Both the position numbers and the translations under genes were made by a program. The notes under the pieces were generated by a model. It was not told the origin of the DNA. It saw only the letters and a list, made by a program, of their open reading frames with translations, and made no database searches. This document shows, in pieces, positions 25,066 through 36,665 of a stretch of DNA of 64,000 nt (the stretch's first letter is position 1; the number at the start of each line of letters is the position of its first letter). Source of the stretch: Malacoraja senta (lineage: Eukaryota); NCBI GenBank assembly GCA_038087875.1, contig CM075992.1, forward strand, positions 3,536,001-3,600,000, written 5' to 3'.

Positions 25066-26865
25066 CTGGAAAGGCAAAATTGTTCTTTAAAACTGAAGTG
25101 ATGAGTGCTTCGGAGTGAGGGGAATGAATATTTTCATGTCTCTCTTGCATGTTTCACGAAGCTAATAATTGGTACTTCCTCAACCTAAATCAGTTTCCCA
25201 GTACTGTCCCTGTCAATGTGTGTGGGGATTTACTGAAACCGAGCACGGGAATGGGGGGGGGGGGAATCTTGGATAGGAGGGGTAGATTTGGTGGGGGGGG
25301 GGGGGAGGAGAGTGGAATTATGGTAATACTGCCACAGAAATGGCCATTCGGCCCAACTCATTTATGCTGACGAACATGTTTATGGGTCTAAAATAATCCA
25401 AGATGTGCTGGTTTGTCCCTGGAGCTCCAGAAGAATAACGGGATCATTAATTGCGATGTTCCGAATTGGTGGTGATCGCTGCATCGATAACTAGAAGGCA
25501 GGGCATTTTGTAATTGACAAAAAGAGAGAGAGGGAGAGAGAGAGAGAAAGGAACTTTATGTGGAAGAAGTAGAGAAAGGCTGGATCCAGAGAGGATGTGA
25601 GTATGTGAGAAGGAACTGCAGATGCTGGTTTAAACCGAAGATAGACACAAAAAGCTGGAGTAACTCAGCGGGTCAGGCAGCTTCTCTGGAGAGAAGGGAT
25701 GGGTGACGTTTTGCGTTGAGTCCCTTCTTCAGACCGAAGACCCTTCAGGTCGAGACCCTTCTTTGGTCTCGATGCGAAACGTCACCCATTCCTTCTCTCC
25801 AGAGGAGCTGCCTGTCCCGCTGAGTGACTCCAGCTTTTTAATGTAGATGTGAGTAACTTTCTGCTAACTTGTTTGGACTCCAAACTTGATTCAATTTGTA
25901 AAGTGTCTCATTGAAATGTTGGTAGTTCATCTCATAGATGCTTCCTGCCTGGGCTGTATATTTTGAATGGGTTGTTTGGATAACTTGGGCTACTGGAGGT
26001 TGCAAATTCCTTTGTGAAGAATGGACAATGATTTCTATTAACGTAGTTTGATTTTTTTTTTTACAAATGGTAGTGTTGGCGGGAAGGGGTTGGTTAGTAC
26101 CTTGGCCATGCCACTGCAGTGTCATCCCAAGGCCTAGAAAGATTAAGATTGCAGAGCTGTACAACACGGAAAGACCCACTTTGTCCCACAATCAAAGGAT
26201 ATGGGGAGAAAGCAGGAACGGGGTACTGATTCTGGATGATCAGCCATGATCACAGTGAATGGCGGTGCTGGCTCAAAGGGCCAAATGGCCTACTCCTGCA
26301 CCTATTGTCTATGTTTATATGATGACCATGTTGGTCTAATAGGCTAGTCCCATTTGGTCCAAATTCCTCTAGACGTTACCTGCCCAAATGTCTTGAGCTG
26401 TAATTGTTCTTCTGACAGTTCATTCCAGATTCAGATAACACGATTAAATATATTTCCCCGAGGTCCCACCAAAAACTCTCCCCTCTTGCCTTAATTCTAA
26501 ATCACAAGTGATAGGAGTAGATTGGGCCATATGGCCCATCAAGTCTACTCTGCCATTCAATCATGCCTCATCTATCTCTCCCTCCTAACCCCATTCTCCT
26601 GCCTTCTCCCCATAAACCTCTAAAGTCTCTAAATCTCTAAATCCTCCGTGTTAGAATCAGCCTAACGCGGGAAAAGGATTTGATTTATGAAGAGGTCAAA
26701 TACCACAATTTCAGCTGAGAAATGTTAAATTTAAGTATCTGAATTAGTAGTAAAGATCCAGTGTTACTAATAGGACAACAGAGCCTCAACCGATTTGATG
26801 CCCTACTGGAAGGTACCTGACCCTGTCTGGTTTGTCTTGTGTGATGGTTGCAGAGAATTGAGCGA

Positions 26866-27357
26866 TTTGAGTATAGGAGCAGGGAGGTTCTACTGCAGTT
26901 GTACAGGGTCTTGGTGAGACCACACCTGGAGTATTGCGTACTCACTGGAATTTAGAAGATTGAGGGGGGATCTTATAGAAACGTACAAAATTCTTAAGGG
27001 GTTGGACAGGCTAGATGCAGGAAGATTGTTCCCGATGTTGGGGGAGTCCAGAACAAGGGGGCACAGTTTAAGGATAAAGGGGAAATCTTTTAGGACTGAG
27101 ATGAGAAAAACATTTTTTACACAGAGAGTGGTGAATCTGTGGAATTCTCTGCCACAGAAGGTAGTTGAGGCCAGTTCATTGACTATATTTAAGAGGGAGT
27201 TAGATGTGGCCCTTGTGGCTAAAGGGATCAGGGGGTATGGAGAGAAAGGAGGTACAGGATACTGAGTTGGATGATCAGCCATGATCATATTGAATGGCGG
27301 TGCAGGGTCGAAGGGCCGAATGGCCTACTCCTGCACCTATTTTCTATGATGTTTCTA
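26866..27357 (+). mobile_element. CR1 LINE 3' fragment with internal deletion
   Basis: Same family as 20841-22190; the PHLEYCV segment is joined directly to YSLEFRRLRGDL. Confidence 0.85.
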
Positions 27358-27530
27358 TATACCGTCTATATCTCTCGTTTCCCTGTCCCCCAACTCTCAG
27401 TCTGAAGAAGGATCTCGACATGAAATGCCACCTATTCCTTTCCTCCGACCAGCGATCCCCGCACATTAACACTACCCTACACTCACTAGGGACAATTTTA
27501 CATTCATGCCAAGCCAATGAACCCACAAAC

Positions 27531-27647
27531 GGGGTGGAAGATTGCAACCTTCACAAATGCAATCAACCTGGCGTGCACAATCAAATAAGATCAAATAGAC
27601 CAAGTTGTCCTACAACTTTAGGCTGTGCACGCCACACGCAAGAAGAG
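27531..27647 (+). mobile_element. Short ribozyme-headed retroposon, copy 2 (internal deletion in ribozyme)
   Basis: Same GGGGTGGAAGATTGCAACCTTCAC start and GGCTGTGCACGCCACACGCAAGAAGA end as the other copies; the P3'/P1' segment is missing. Confidence 0.8.
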
Positions 27648-27902
27648 GAAGGAGAATGGGGGGTTGAGAGGGAAAGATAGATCAGTCATGATCGAAATGG
27701 CAGAGTAGACTTGATGGGCCGAATGGCCTAATTCTGCTTCCTGGACTTGTGAACATATGAGCGTGGCTTGGCTTCCAACGTGGCTTGGCTTGGCTTCCAA
27801 AGCTGCAGGATGAGCTGCTGGGTTGACGCAACGTGCTGTCTGTCTTCCCCCATTGGCATCCGCGTCCCCCTTGTGCACCAGGCAAGTAGAGGGTCCCCAT
27901 TA

Positions 27903-28097
<195 letters not shown>

Positions 28098-28751
28098 TTA
28101 GTTTAGAGATACAGTGCGGAAATGGGCCCTTCAGCCAGGGGGCGGAAATCCCGGGGGGCATGGGGGGGACACACATCCCCCTCCCGTTTTGAGAGATGTG
28201 GGAAGATTCCCACCCACCCACCCATGTTTTGTAATCAGTATTTTAAAACTCGGTGGGAAAAAAAATCTATTAAAAATCTTTAGGTAGACAAAAGTGCTGG
28301 AGAAACTCAGCGGGTGCGGCAGCATCTATGGAGCGAAGGAATGTTTCAGGCCGAAACCCTTCAGATTAAAACATCTTTGCTTTCCACGAGACGGTGGGGG
28401 TGGGGGTGGGACTGATGATCAAGGGCACCGATTGGATGAGAGAGACGTCGGTCGGCAGGCAGTGTGGGGGGGGGGGCCATGATGATTGGAGGAGGGAGAT
28501 ATGAGTGGAGCAAAGATCGTAGAGCGGAGCTTGAATCGGCCCGTTCGCGGGGCTTTTCATCGCCTGGCCCGGTGCGGCTTACAGTCGACCTCGGGATCTT
28601 CCACCGCCCCGCGGTCAAATTGCTGCATCGTGGCGATCGAGGCTCCCGATGTTGAAGCCAACTGTGTCCACAGCGATCCCCGCACTATCACTATCCTACA
28701 CACACACACACACTAGGGACAATTTTACACTTACACCAAGCCATTATACCG

Positions 28752-29082
28752 GGCGGCACGGTGGTGCAGCGGTAGAGTTGCTGCCTTGCAGCGCCGGAGA
28801 CCCGGGTTCGATCCCGACTATGGGCGCCGTCTGTATGGAGTTTGGACGTTCTCCCCGTGACCTGCGCGAGTTTCTCTCCCAAGATCTTCAAAGACCTTCT
28901 TCGCCGAGATCTTCGGACTTCAAAGACGTACAGGTTTGTAGGTTATTAATTGGCTTTGGTATAAGTGTCAATTATCCCGAGTGTGTGCAGGATAGTGTTA
29001 ATGTGCGGGGATTGCTGGTCGGTGCGGACTCGGTGGGCCGAAGGGCCTGTTTCCGCGCTGTATCTTTAGACTAAAAACTAAA
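28752..29082 (+). mobile_element. tRNA-derived SINE (V-SINE/HE1-like) nested in an oppositely oriented SINE
   Basis: GGCGGCACGGTGGTGCAGCGGTAGAG head, GGTTCGATCCC B box, central domain, CTAAA tail; minus-strand SINE halves flank it at ~28670-28745 and 29085-29245. Confidence 0.8.
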
Positions 29083-30873
29083 TTGATCTACAAACCTGTA
29101 CGTCTTTGTAGTGTGGGAGGAAACCAAAATTCTCGGAGAAAACCCACGCAGGTCACGGGGAGAAACGTACAGACAAGCACCCGTAGCCAGGATCGAACCT
29201 GGGTCTCTGGCGCTGTGAGGCAGCAACTCTACTGCTGTGCCACCATGGCATGATATGCCAAATCATAGTCATACTGTGGAAACCGGCCCTTCTGCCGAAC
29301 TTGCCCAAACCAATCAACGTCCCATCCACACTAGTCCTACCTGCCTGCATTTTTGGCCCATAACTTGTCAAAACAGATGCTGGAAATCTGAGGTAACGTT
29401 CTGACAGAGCCTGAAACATTAACTGCTTTTCCTCCCACAGTTGTGGTTTGACTAGTGTTTTTTCTCCTTTTATTGCAATTAAGTCGCATTTTGGTTTTGT
29501 TCAGAGTTACGGCATGGAAATTCTTCACTGCGGAAAAAAAGAACTGGCAGATGCTGGTTTATACCAAAGATAAGACACAAAGCTCTGGAGTAGCTCATTG
29601 GGTCCAGCAGTATCTCTGGAGAACATGGATAGGTGACGCACCTGAAATGTCACCTATCTTGTTTTCTCCACAGATGCTGCTTGACCTGCTGAGTTACTCC
29701 AGCACTTTTAGGGTTAAAATATTAATTCTTGTTTGAGATCTTGCCATTGATTTCAATTCCGGCCTTTAGACTCGCCTCTGATTGAATCCAACATCGCTAC
29801 CTGTGTCCCCTTAGCTAACAAGCCCCAAAGCTCTAAGACGTCCACAACATTTCCATCCTATCCACCCGGTTTAAAATCTGCCTCTGGGCTGCCCTGCGTT
29901 CTGTCTGAAGAAGGGACCTGACCCGAAACATCACCTGTTCCCCAGCATTGCTGACTCATCTGCTGAATTACTCCAGTATTTTCTTTTGTAAATCAGTATC
30001 TGTAGTTTCTGCATTTTGACTGGATAACATTTTTGTGATCTGCCCTACTCCTAACTTGTAGCGTTCACATTTGCATTAACACTCCTGTATTGATTGAAAG
30101 ATGTTGCATAAATGTAAGTTGATATTCTGAAGTCTGGAGAAGGGTCTCGACCCACAACGTCACCTATTCCTTTTCTCCAGAGATGCTGACCCGCTGAGTT
30201 ACTCCAGCTTTTTGTGTCTAACTTTGTTATGAACTGGCATTGGTACTCTTGTACACCCTACCACCAGGGATAACTGCTCTTCCAGAGGAAGAACCAGCCA
30301 GTTTGTAGGTACCATTAGTCTATAGTCTGCTTGCCTGATCTTTAGTTCTTGGCTAGACACAAAATGCTGGAGTAACTCAGCGGGACAGGCAGCATCTCTG
30401 GAGAGAAGGGATGGATGACGTTTTGGGTCGAGACCCTTCTTCAGTTCTTGCCCTCAGTTCACTGTCGGGGTGAGTAGAACAAAACTCTGGAACCTCTCGT
30501 GAACGCACGTTGCCACCTTGTTTCCAGCTGCTACGGTCAGGCAAACGCCTGTGTTGCCATGCTGTGAGAACGGAGAGGATGAGAAGGAGTTTCTTCCCAG
30601 AGGCCATTAGGACTGTAAACTCCTACCCCACCAGGGACTAACTCTACTGGACCATTCTACTGTTTTTAAAATATTGCTGTTTTCTTCCTTTTTCTTCCCT
30701 CCCACAAATATGTAATATGTTGAATATGTGATTCTGTTCCATTCTGTTTGTAGTTTGTTTGTTTGGGTTTTTTTTGCACACAATCCGTGAGCATTGCCAC
30801 TTTTCATTTCACTGCACATCTCGTATGTGTATGTGACGAATAAACGTGACTTGACTTGCACGGAAAGCATTAC

Positions 30874-31018
30874 CCGTTTTTGGATGTATTCGGGGAGAGG
30901 CTTCCTGTCGGAATGGAGACTCCTCGCCGTGGACTCCAGGTAGGCAAAGTACGGCTGGCAGGTTTTCACGAAGATGGGCACAGCCCGAGCGAACTCCTCA
31001 TTGTGGATTCTGTCTCTG
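30874..31018 (-). CDS. C19orf67: C19orf67-like coding exon 2
   Basis: CCTACAG|C (S)RDRIHNEEFARAVPIFVKTCQPYFAYLESTARS...EYIQKR |GTAATG; 145 nt, phase 2-0. Confidence 0.85.
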
Positions 31019-31074
31019 CTGTAGGGATGGAAGCACACAAACACCAAGATGCAGTCAAAGACATGGTCATAGAG

Positions 31075-31515
31075 TCAAGTTCAAGTGAGTTTATTGTCAA
31101 GTGCCCCTGATAGGACAATGAAATTCTTGCTTTGCTTCAGCACAACAGAACATAGTAGGCATGAATACAGAACAGATCAGTGTATCCATGTACCGTTATA
31201 TAAATATATACACACATGAATAAATAAACTGATAAAGTGCAAATAACAGATAATGGGCTATTAATGTTCAGCGTTTTGTCTGAGCCAGGTTTAATAGCCT
31301 GATGGCTGTGGGGAAGTAGGTATTCCTGAACCTGGTCATTGCAGTCTTCAGGCTCCTGTACCTTCTACCTGAAGGTAGCAGGGAGATGAGTGTGTGGCCA
31401 GGATGGTGTGGGTCCTTGATGATGCTGCCAGCCTTTTTGAGGCAGCGACTGCGATAAATCCCCTCGATGGAAGGGAGGTCAGAGCCGATGATGGACTGGG
31501 CAGTGTTTACTACTT
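31075..31515 (-). mobile_element. Rex1/Babar-like LINE 3' fragment
   Basis: Reverse complement of the 59690-60065 element (KAGSIIKDPHHPGHTL..LPSGRRYRSL), with CTTGAA tail. Confidence 0.7.
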
Positions 31516-31593
31516 TTTATTACTGTGTGGAAACAGGCCCTTTGGCCCAACTTGCCCATGTTGACCAACACGACCCATCCACACTAGTCCCAA

Positions 31594-33035
31594 ACGTAAC
31601 CCCACTTTTTAAGAAGGGAGGGAGAGAGAAAACGGGGAATTACAGCAGACCAGTTAGTCTAACATCGGTAGTGGGGAAACTGCTAGTCAGTTATTAAAGA
31701 TGGGATAGCAGCACATTTGGAAAGTGGTGAAATCATTGGACAAAGTCAGCCTGGATTTACGAAAGGTAAATCATGTCTGACGAATCTTATAGAATTTTTT
31801 GAGGATGTAACTAGTAGAGTGGATAGGGGAGAACCAGTGGATGTGGTGTATCTGGACTTTCAGAAGGCTTTCGACAAGGTCCCACATAAGAGATTAGTAT
31901 ACAAACTTAAATCACACGGTATTGGGGGTTCAGTATTGATGTGGATAGAGAACTGGCTGGCAAACAGGAAGCAAAGAGTAGGAGTAAACGGGTCCTTTTC
32001 ACAATGGCAGGCAGTGACGTGGGGTACCGCAAGGCTCAGTGCTGGGACCCCAGCTATTTACAATTTATATTAATGAACTGGATGAGGGAATTGAAGGCAA
32101 CATCTCCAAGTTTGCGGATGACACTAAGCTGGGGGGCAGTGTTAGCTGTGAGGAGGATGCTAGGAGACTGCAAGGTGACTTGGATAGGCTGGGTGAGTGG
32201 GCAAATGTTTGGCAGATGCAGTATAATGTGGATAAATGTGAGGTTATCCACTTTGGTGGCAAAAACAGGAAAGTAGACTATTATCTAAATGGTGGCCGAT
32301 TAGGAAAAGGGGAGATGCAGCGAGACCTGGGTGTCATGGTACACCAGTCATTGAAAGTAGGCATGCAGGTGCAGCAGGCAGTGAAGAAAGCGAATGGTAT
32401 GTTAGCTTTCATAGCAAAATGATTTGAGTATAGGAGCAGGGAGGTTCTACTGCAGTTGTACAGGGTCTTGGTGAGACCACACCTGGAGTATTGCGTACAG
32501 TTTTGGTCTCCAAATCTGAGGAAGGACATTATGGCCATAGATGGAGTACAGAGAAGGTTCACCAGACTGATTCCTGGGATGTCAGGTCTTTCATATGAAG
32601 AAAGACTGGATAGACTTGGCTTATACTCGCTAGAATTTAGGAGATTGAGAGGGGATCTTATAGAAACATACAAAATTCTTATGGGGTTGGACAGGCTAGA
32701 TGCAGGAAGATTGTTCCCGATTATCGGGAAGTCCAGGACAAGGGGTCACAGCTTAAGGATAAGGGGGAAATCCTTTAAGACCGAGATGAGAAAAAACGTT
32801 TTCACACAGAGAGTGGTGAATCTCTGGAACTCTCTGCCACAGAAGGTAGTTGAGGCCAGTTCATTGGCTATATTTAAGAGGGAGTTAGATGTGGCCCTTG
32901 TGGCTAAAGGGATCAGGGGGTATGGAGAGAAGGCTGGTACGGGATACTGAGTTGGATGATCAGCCATGGTCATATTGAATGACGGTGCAGGCTCGAATGG
33001 CCGAATGCACCTATTTTCTATGTTTCTATGTATCT
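31594..33035 (+). mobile_element. CR1 LINE, 5'-truncated, ~1.45 kb, frameshifted
   Basis: NVTPLFKKG..RPVSLTSVVGKL, RT motifs and FADDTKL; frameshift near 32020 and stop near 32420; highly similar to 20841-22190. Confidence 0.95.
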
Positions 33036-33342
33036 ATGTCCCACTTGCCTGCGTTTGGCTCAGATCCCTCTAGACCTATCCTATCCATGTACCTGTCTAA
33101 ATGTTTTTTTTAATTAATACCTGCCTCAATTACCTCGGGCAGCTCATTCCCCACACCCACCACCCTTTTGTGTGGAAAAGGTTACCCTTCAGTTTCCCAT
33201 TACATCATTCCACCCTCACCTTAAACCCATGTCCTCTGGTTCTGGATTCCCCTACTTTGAGTAAAAGACTCTGCATTTACTTGATCGTTACAACCGGAGC
33301 ACCCGGAGAAAACCCATGCAGGTCACGGGGAGAACGTACTAA

Positions 33343-33654
33343 AGGGCCTGTCCTAGCTACGCGACCTTTACAGACAACTGCCGGCACCCGTCATGGGTCG
33401 CTGAAATTTTCAACGTTGAAAATTCAGCAGCGACCAGAAAGACCATAGGAGACCTCTCACGACCATACAGGCGACCCCTGGCGACATGTCGTGGGTGACC
33501 TCTCATGACCATAGGACCTATGGTCGTGAGAGGTCTCCAAAGAGTCGTAGCGTCTTTCTGGTCATCGTTGAATTTTCAACATGTTCGAAAATTTCGGCGA
33601 CCTATCACGGGTGCCGGCAGTCGCCTGTAAAGGTCGCGTAAGTGGGACAGGCCT
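33343..33654. mobile_element. PIF/Harbinger-like MITE
   Basis: AGGGCCTGTCC..GGGACAGGCCT TIRs with palindromic subterminal arms; interior closely similar to 54557-54786. Confidence 0.8.
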
Positions 33655-34185
33655 TTAACTCTGGATCGCTGGAGCTGGGAGGCAGCAACTCCACTGCTGC
33701 GCCTTGAAAACTAAACTAAATTCCAGGAGGATTATGTTTAAGAAAGAATTGCAGATGCTGGAAAAATCCAAGATGGACAAAAATGCTAGAGTAGCTCAGC
33801 GGGACAGGCAACATATCTGGAAAGAAGGAATGGGTGACGTTTTGGGTCGAGACCCTTCGTCAGTTATATATCCAGTATTGAATCACAATTTTTTTTAATA
33901 TACACAATTTATTTATTGTCATTTGAACCTCAAATGAAGTTCAAACGAAATTTGGTTTCTGCAGTCATACAACAAGAAAAGAACCAAGACACACAACCAA
34001 CACAATTTACACAAACATCCATCACGGTGAATCTCCTCCTCACTGTGATGGAAGGCAAAGTCTTGTCTCTCCCCTGTGTTCCATTCTGTGGACTGTGCAG
34101 ATGGAATGAATCTGCCAGGACACAAAATGAAGGCTAAATGGCTCATCCTTTAAAAAAATATATTATTTTCAGATTTTTCATTTAC

Positions 34186-34604
34186 CTGTAGACCAGGTGT
34201 GTCTGAAATTCCTCTGCCTTTTTCAGCAGATATTGAAGCTGCTGTTCTATCGGTTGAAGTTTTTCTTCCATCAGTGTCACATCGTATTGGGGCACCTCCT
34301 CGTCTGCCCCATGTTGGCTGGCCTTCCCCTGGCGCAGTGCGTGGAACGCGTCGTTGCTCTGGTCCGGTAGGGCCACGTCCTGCAGTGCCTGCATGGCTGG
34401 CGAGGTGTCGTAGGTGGAAACTGGCAGGAACACCTCGTTCTCCTTCATTAGCTTCCCCTGGCTCATCAGCTGGTGCAAGTCTGCTTCGGTCCACTGGGCC
34501 TCCTTTGGTTCTGCACTGCTCACTTCCAATGAGCAGGAGTACTTTGACTTGTCTTTCCTCTTGTATGATGGCACCTCATGGCCACTGCTAACGTTCTCCT
34601 CCAT
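34186..34604 (-). CDS. C19orf67: C19orf67-like first coding exon
   Basis: ATG at 34604 (MEENVSSG..), downstream of acceptor TGCAG| at 34645; ends LQPIEQQLQYLLKKAEEFQTHLVY AG|GTAAAT. The six exons sum to 1266 nt = 421 aa plus stop, with consistent phases. Confidence 0.8.
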
Positions 34605-34731
34605 TTCCGTCTGCAATATTGAATTACTCCTCTGGCTCGAGGTACCTGCATCAACAAATTTAAGGACAGCAAGTTTGATAAGTAACATTCGCGAGGGATG
34701 GGAGCATAACCTCCTTTAGCTCAAGTGAGGT

Positions 34732-34759
34732 CTGAAGAAGGGTCTCGACCCGAAACGTC
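34732..34759 (+). ncRNA. Minimal hammerhead ribozyme core (Penelope-type)
   Basis: CTGAAGA-A-GGGTC-TC-GACCC-GAAA-C-GTC with a possible stem I GTGAGGT (34725-34731)/ACCCAC (34760-34765). Confidence 0.6.
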
Positions 34760-35699
34760 ACCCACTCCTCTCCAGAGATGCTGCCTGTCCTGCTGAGTTA
34801 CTCCAGCTTTTTGTAACTATCTTCGGTTTAAACCAGCACTAGTTCCTTCCAACACGATGAGGTTGGATTGTCTCTGGATGAAATCTAGAGTTGTTGAAAT
34901 GAGATGGGGAGAAATCCCTTCATGGTATAGACTTACGAATATCTACCCAAGAGGCTGGAAAGTTGTTGGTGCATTTAAGGCTGGGTTTGATGTTTGGGGG
35001 GTCTCAGAAAATCATGGATTTTGCAACAAGGAAATGGGTAAGGTGAAGTATTGACTATTTTATTTCATGCAGGGCCATCTGGTCTACATTTGCTCCGATT
35101 ATTTAGATCCTTGTGTATGTTTAGTAAACAGCTGTATCACTGGACAAATGGATGATTTCTCAACCAAGGGTAGGGAGAGTAGGCGGAAACTCCATTCCCT
35201 GAAGTGCAGGAGGATGAGGGGTGATCTTAAAGAGGTGTGTAATTTGAGGAAGGACTTTCTTGCTATTGAGGGAGTTCAGCGTTGGTTTACCAGGTCTCTA
35301 TCTTGGGTTTAAACCAGCATCTGCAGTTCCTTCCTACACAGAACAGGTGTGGATCTAGTAAATGAAATACCTCTGAAAATGGGCAAATGCTCAACTCTTG
35401 AGGATTTTGGGGTTGTTTATCATTCAATAGGTTAATATTATTGGAATTAATGAGCCAGTTATTTCTGTAAACTTTTTTCTCTTATACTGATATGACAAAT
35501 GGAAATAATTGATTAAAGTAACCATCCATAAGTTTTAACTTTTTTTTCCAATTAATAGCAATGGATTTCTGATGGATTAATTTTCTTAATAATTGATCCA
35601 TGTTCCAACAAAGGTCCTGCCAACTTGGGGCAACTTTTCTTCGGCTTGGAGCAACAACCAGGGTCAATCTCCTACCTGTTACTGCGCCCACTCCACTCC

Positions 35700-35800
35700 A
35701 CTCACCCCGTTCAAATGTCAACACAGGCGCGTCCCCGCGGTTCCTGGCGGGGACGCGCGTCACCCGCGGATCGGTGTACGCGCGGTCCGCACCACCCCCT
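35700..35800 (-). promoter_or_regulatory. Small CpG cluster; candidate promoter/non-coding first exon of C19orf67-like gene
   Basis: Local CpG density in unique sequence; minus-strand consensus donor GG|GTGAGT at 35705-35700, about 1 kb upstream of the acceptor at 34645. Confidence 0.4.
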
Positions 35801-36137
35801 GGTGGAGAGAGGGAGTGGAGCAACGAGCAGCTGAGATTTGCAATGCTATTTTATTAATAGGAACCTGAGGGTAAATATTTCCCACACAGTGTGTGTGGGG
35901 ATGGGTATATGGAACTAGCTGCCAGAGCAGGTAGTTGAATATTTAAGACATTTGGACAGGGTACATGTATAGGAAAGTTTTAGAAGGATATGGGCCAAAG
36001 GCAGGCAGGTGAGACTAGTATAGATGGGGCATTTTGGTTTGCATGAACAAGTTGGGCCGAAGGGCCTGTTTCAGTGCTGATTCCCAGATGTGGATGGTGG
36101 GAGACTTGATAGTGATGTTGTCCTTGACAGGTGGTTA

Positions 36138-36665
36138 TCTGAGGAAGGACATTATAGCCATAGAGGGAGTGCAGAGAAGGTTCACCAGACTGATTCCTGT
36201 GATGTTAGGACTTTCACATGAAGAAAGACTGGATAGACTTGGCTTATACTCGCTAGAATTTAGGAGATTGAGAGGGGATCTTATAGAAACGTACAACATT
36301 CTTATGGGGTTGGACAGGCTAGATGCAGGAAGATTGTTCCCGATGTTGGGGAAGTCCAGGACAAGGGGTCACAGCTTAAGGATAAGGGGGAAATCCTTTA
36401 AGACCGAGATGAGAAAAAACGTTTTCACACGGAGAGTGGTGAATCTCTGGAACTCTCTGCCACAGAGGGTAGTTGAGGCCAGTTCATTGGCTATATTTAA
36501 GAGGGAGTTAGATGTGGCCCTTGTGGCTAAGGGGATCAGGGGGTATGGAGAGAAGGCAGGTACGGGATACTGAGTTGGATGATCAGCCATGATCATATTG
36601 AATGGCGGTGCAGGCTCGAAGGGCCGAATGGCCTACTCCTGCACCTATTTTCTATGTATCTATGT
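36138..36665 (+). mobile_element. CR1 LINE 3' fragment
   Basis: LRKDIIAIEGVQRRFTRLIP..GTGY plus tail. Further CR1 3' fragments lie at ~17110-17345, 18875-19180, 19294-19595, 37077-37283(-), 37912-38470, 44870-45350(-) and 55575-55993. Confidence 0.9.

Noticed and set aside
24892..25077. Apparent frameshift or alternative ORF in C19orf67 exon 4
   Set aside because: Re-reading shows the homologous frame is continuous (REPSLLFKKIRW); the listed ORF is simply another frame.
28752..28820. tRNA gene
   Set aside because: The A/B boxes belong to a SINE head that continues into the SINE body; there are many diverged copies and no clean cloverleaf.
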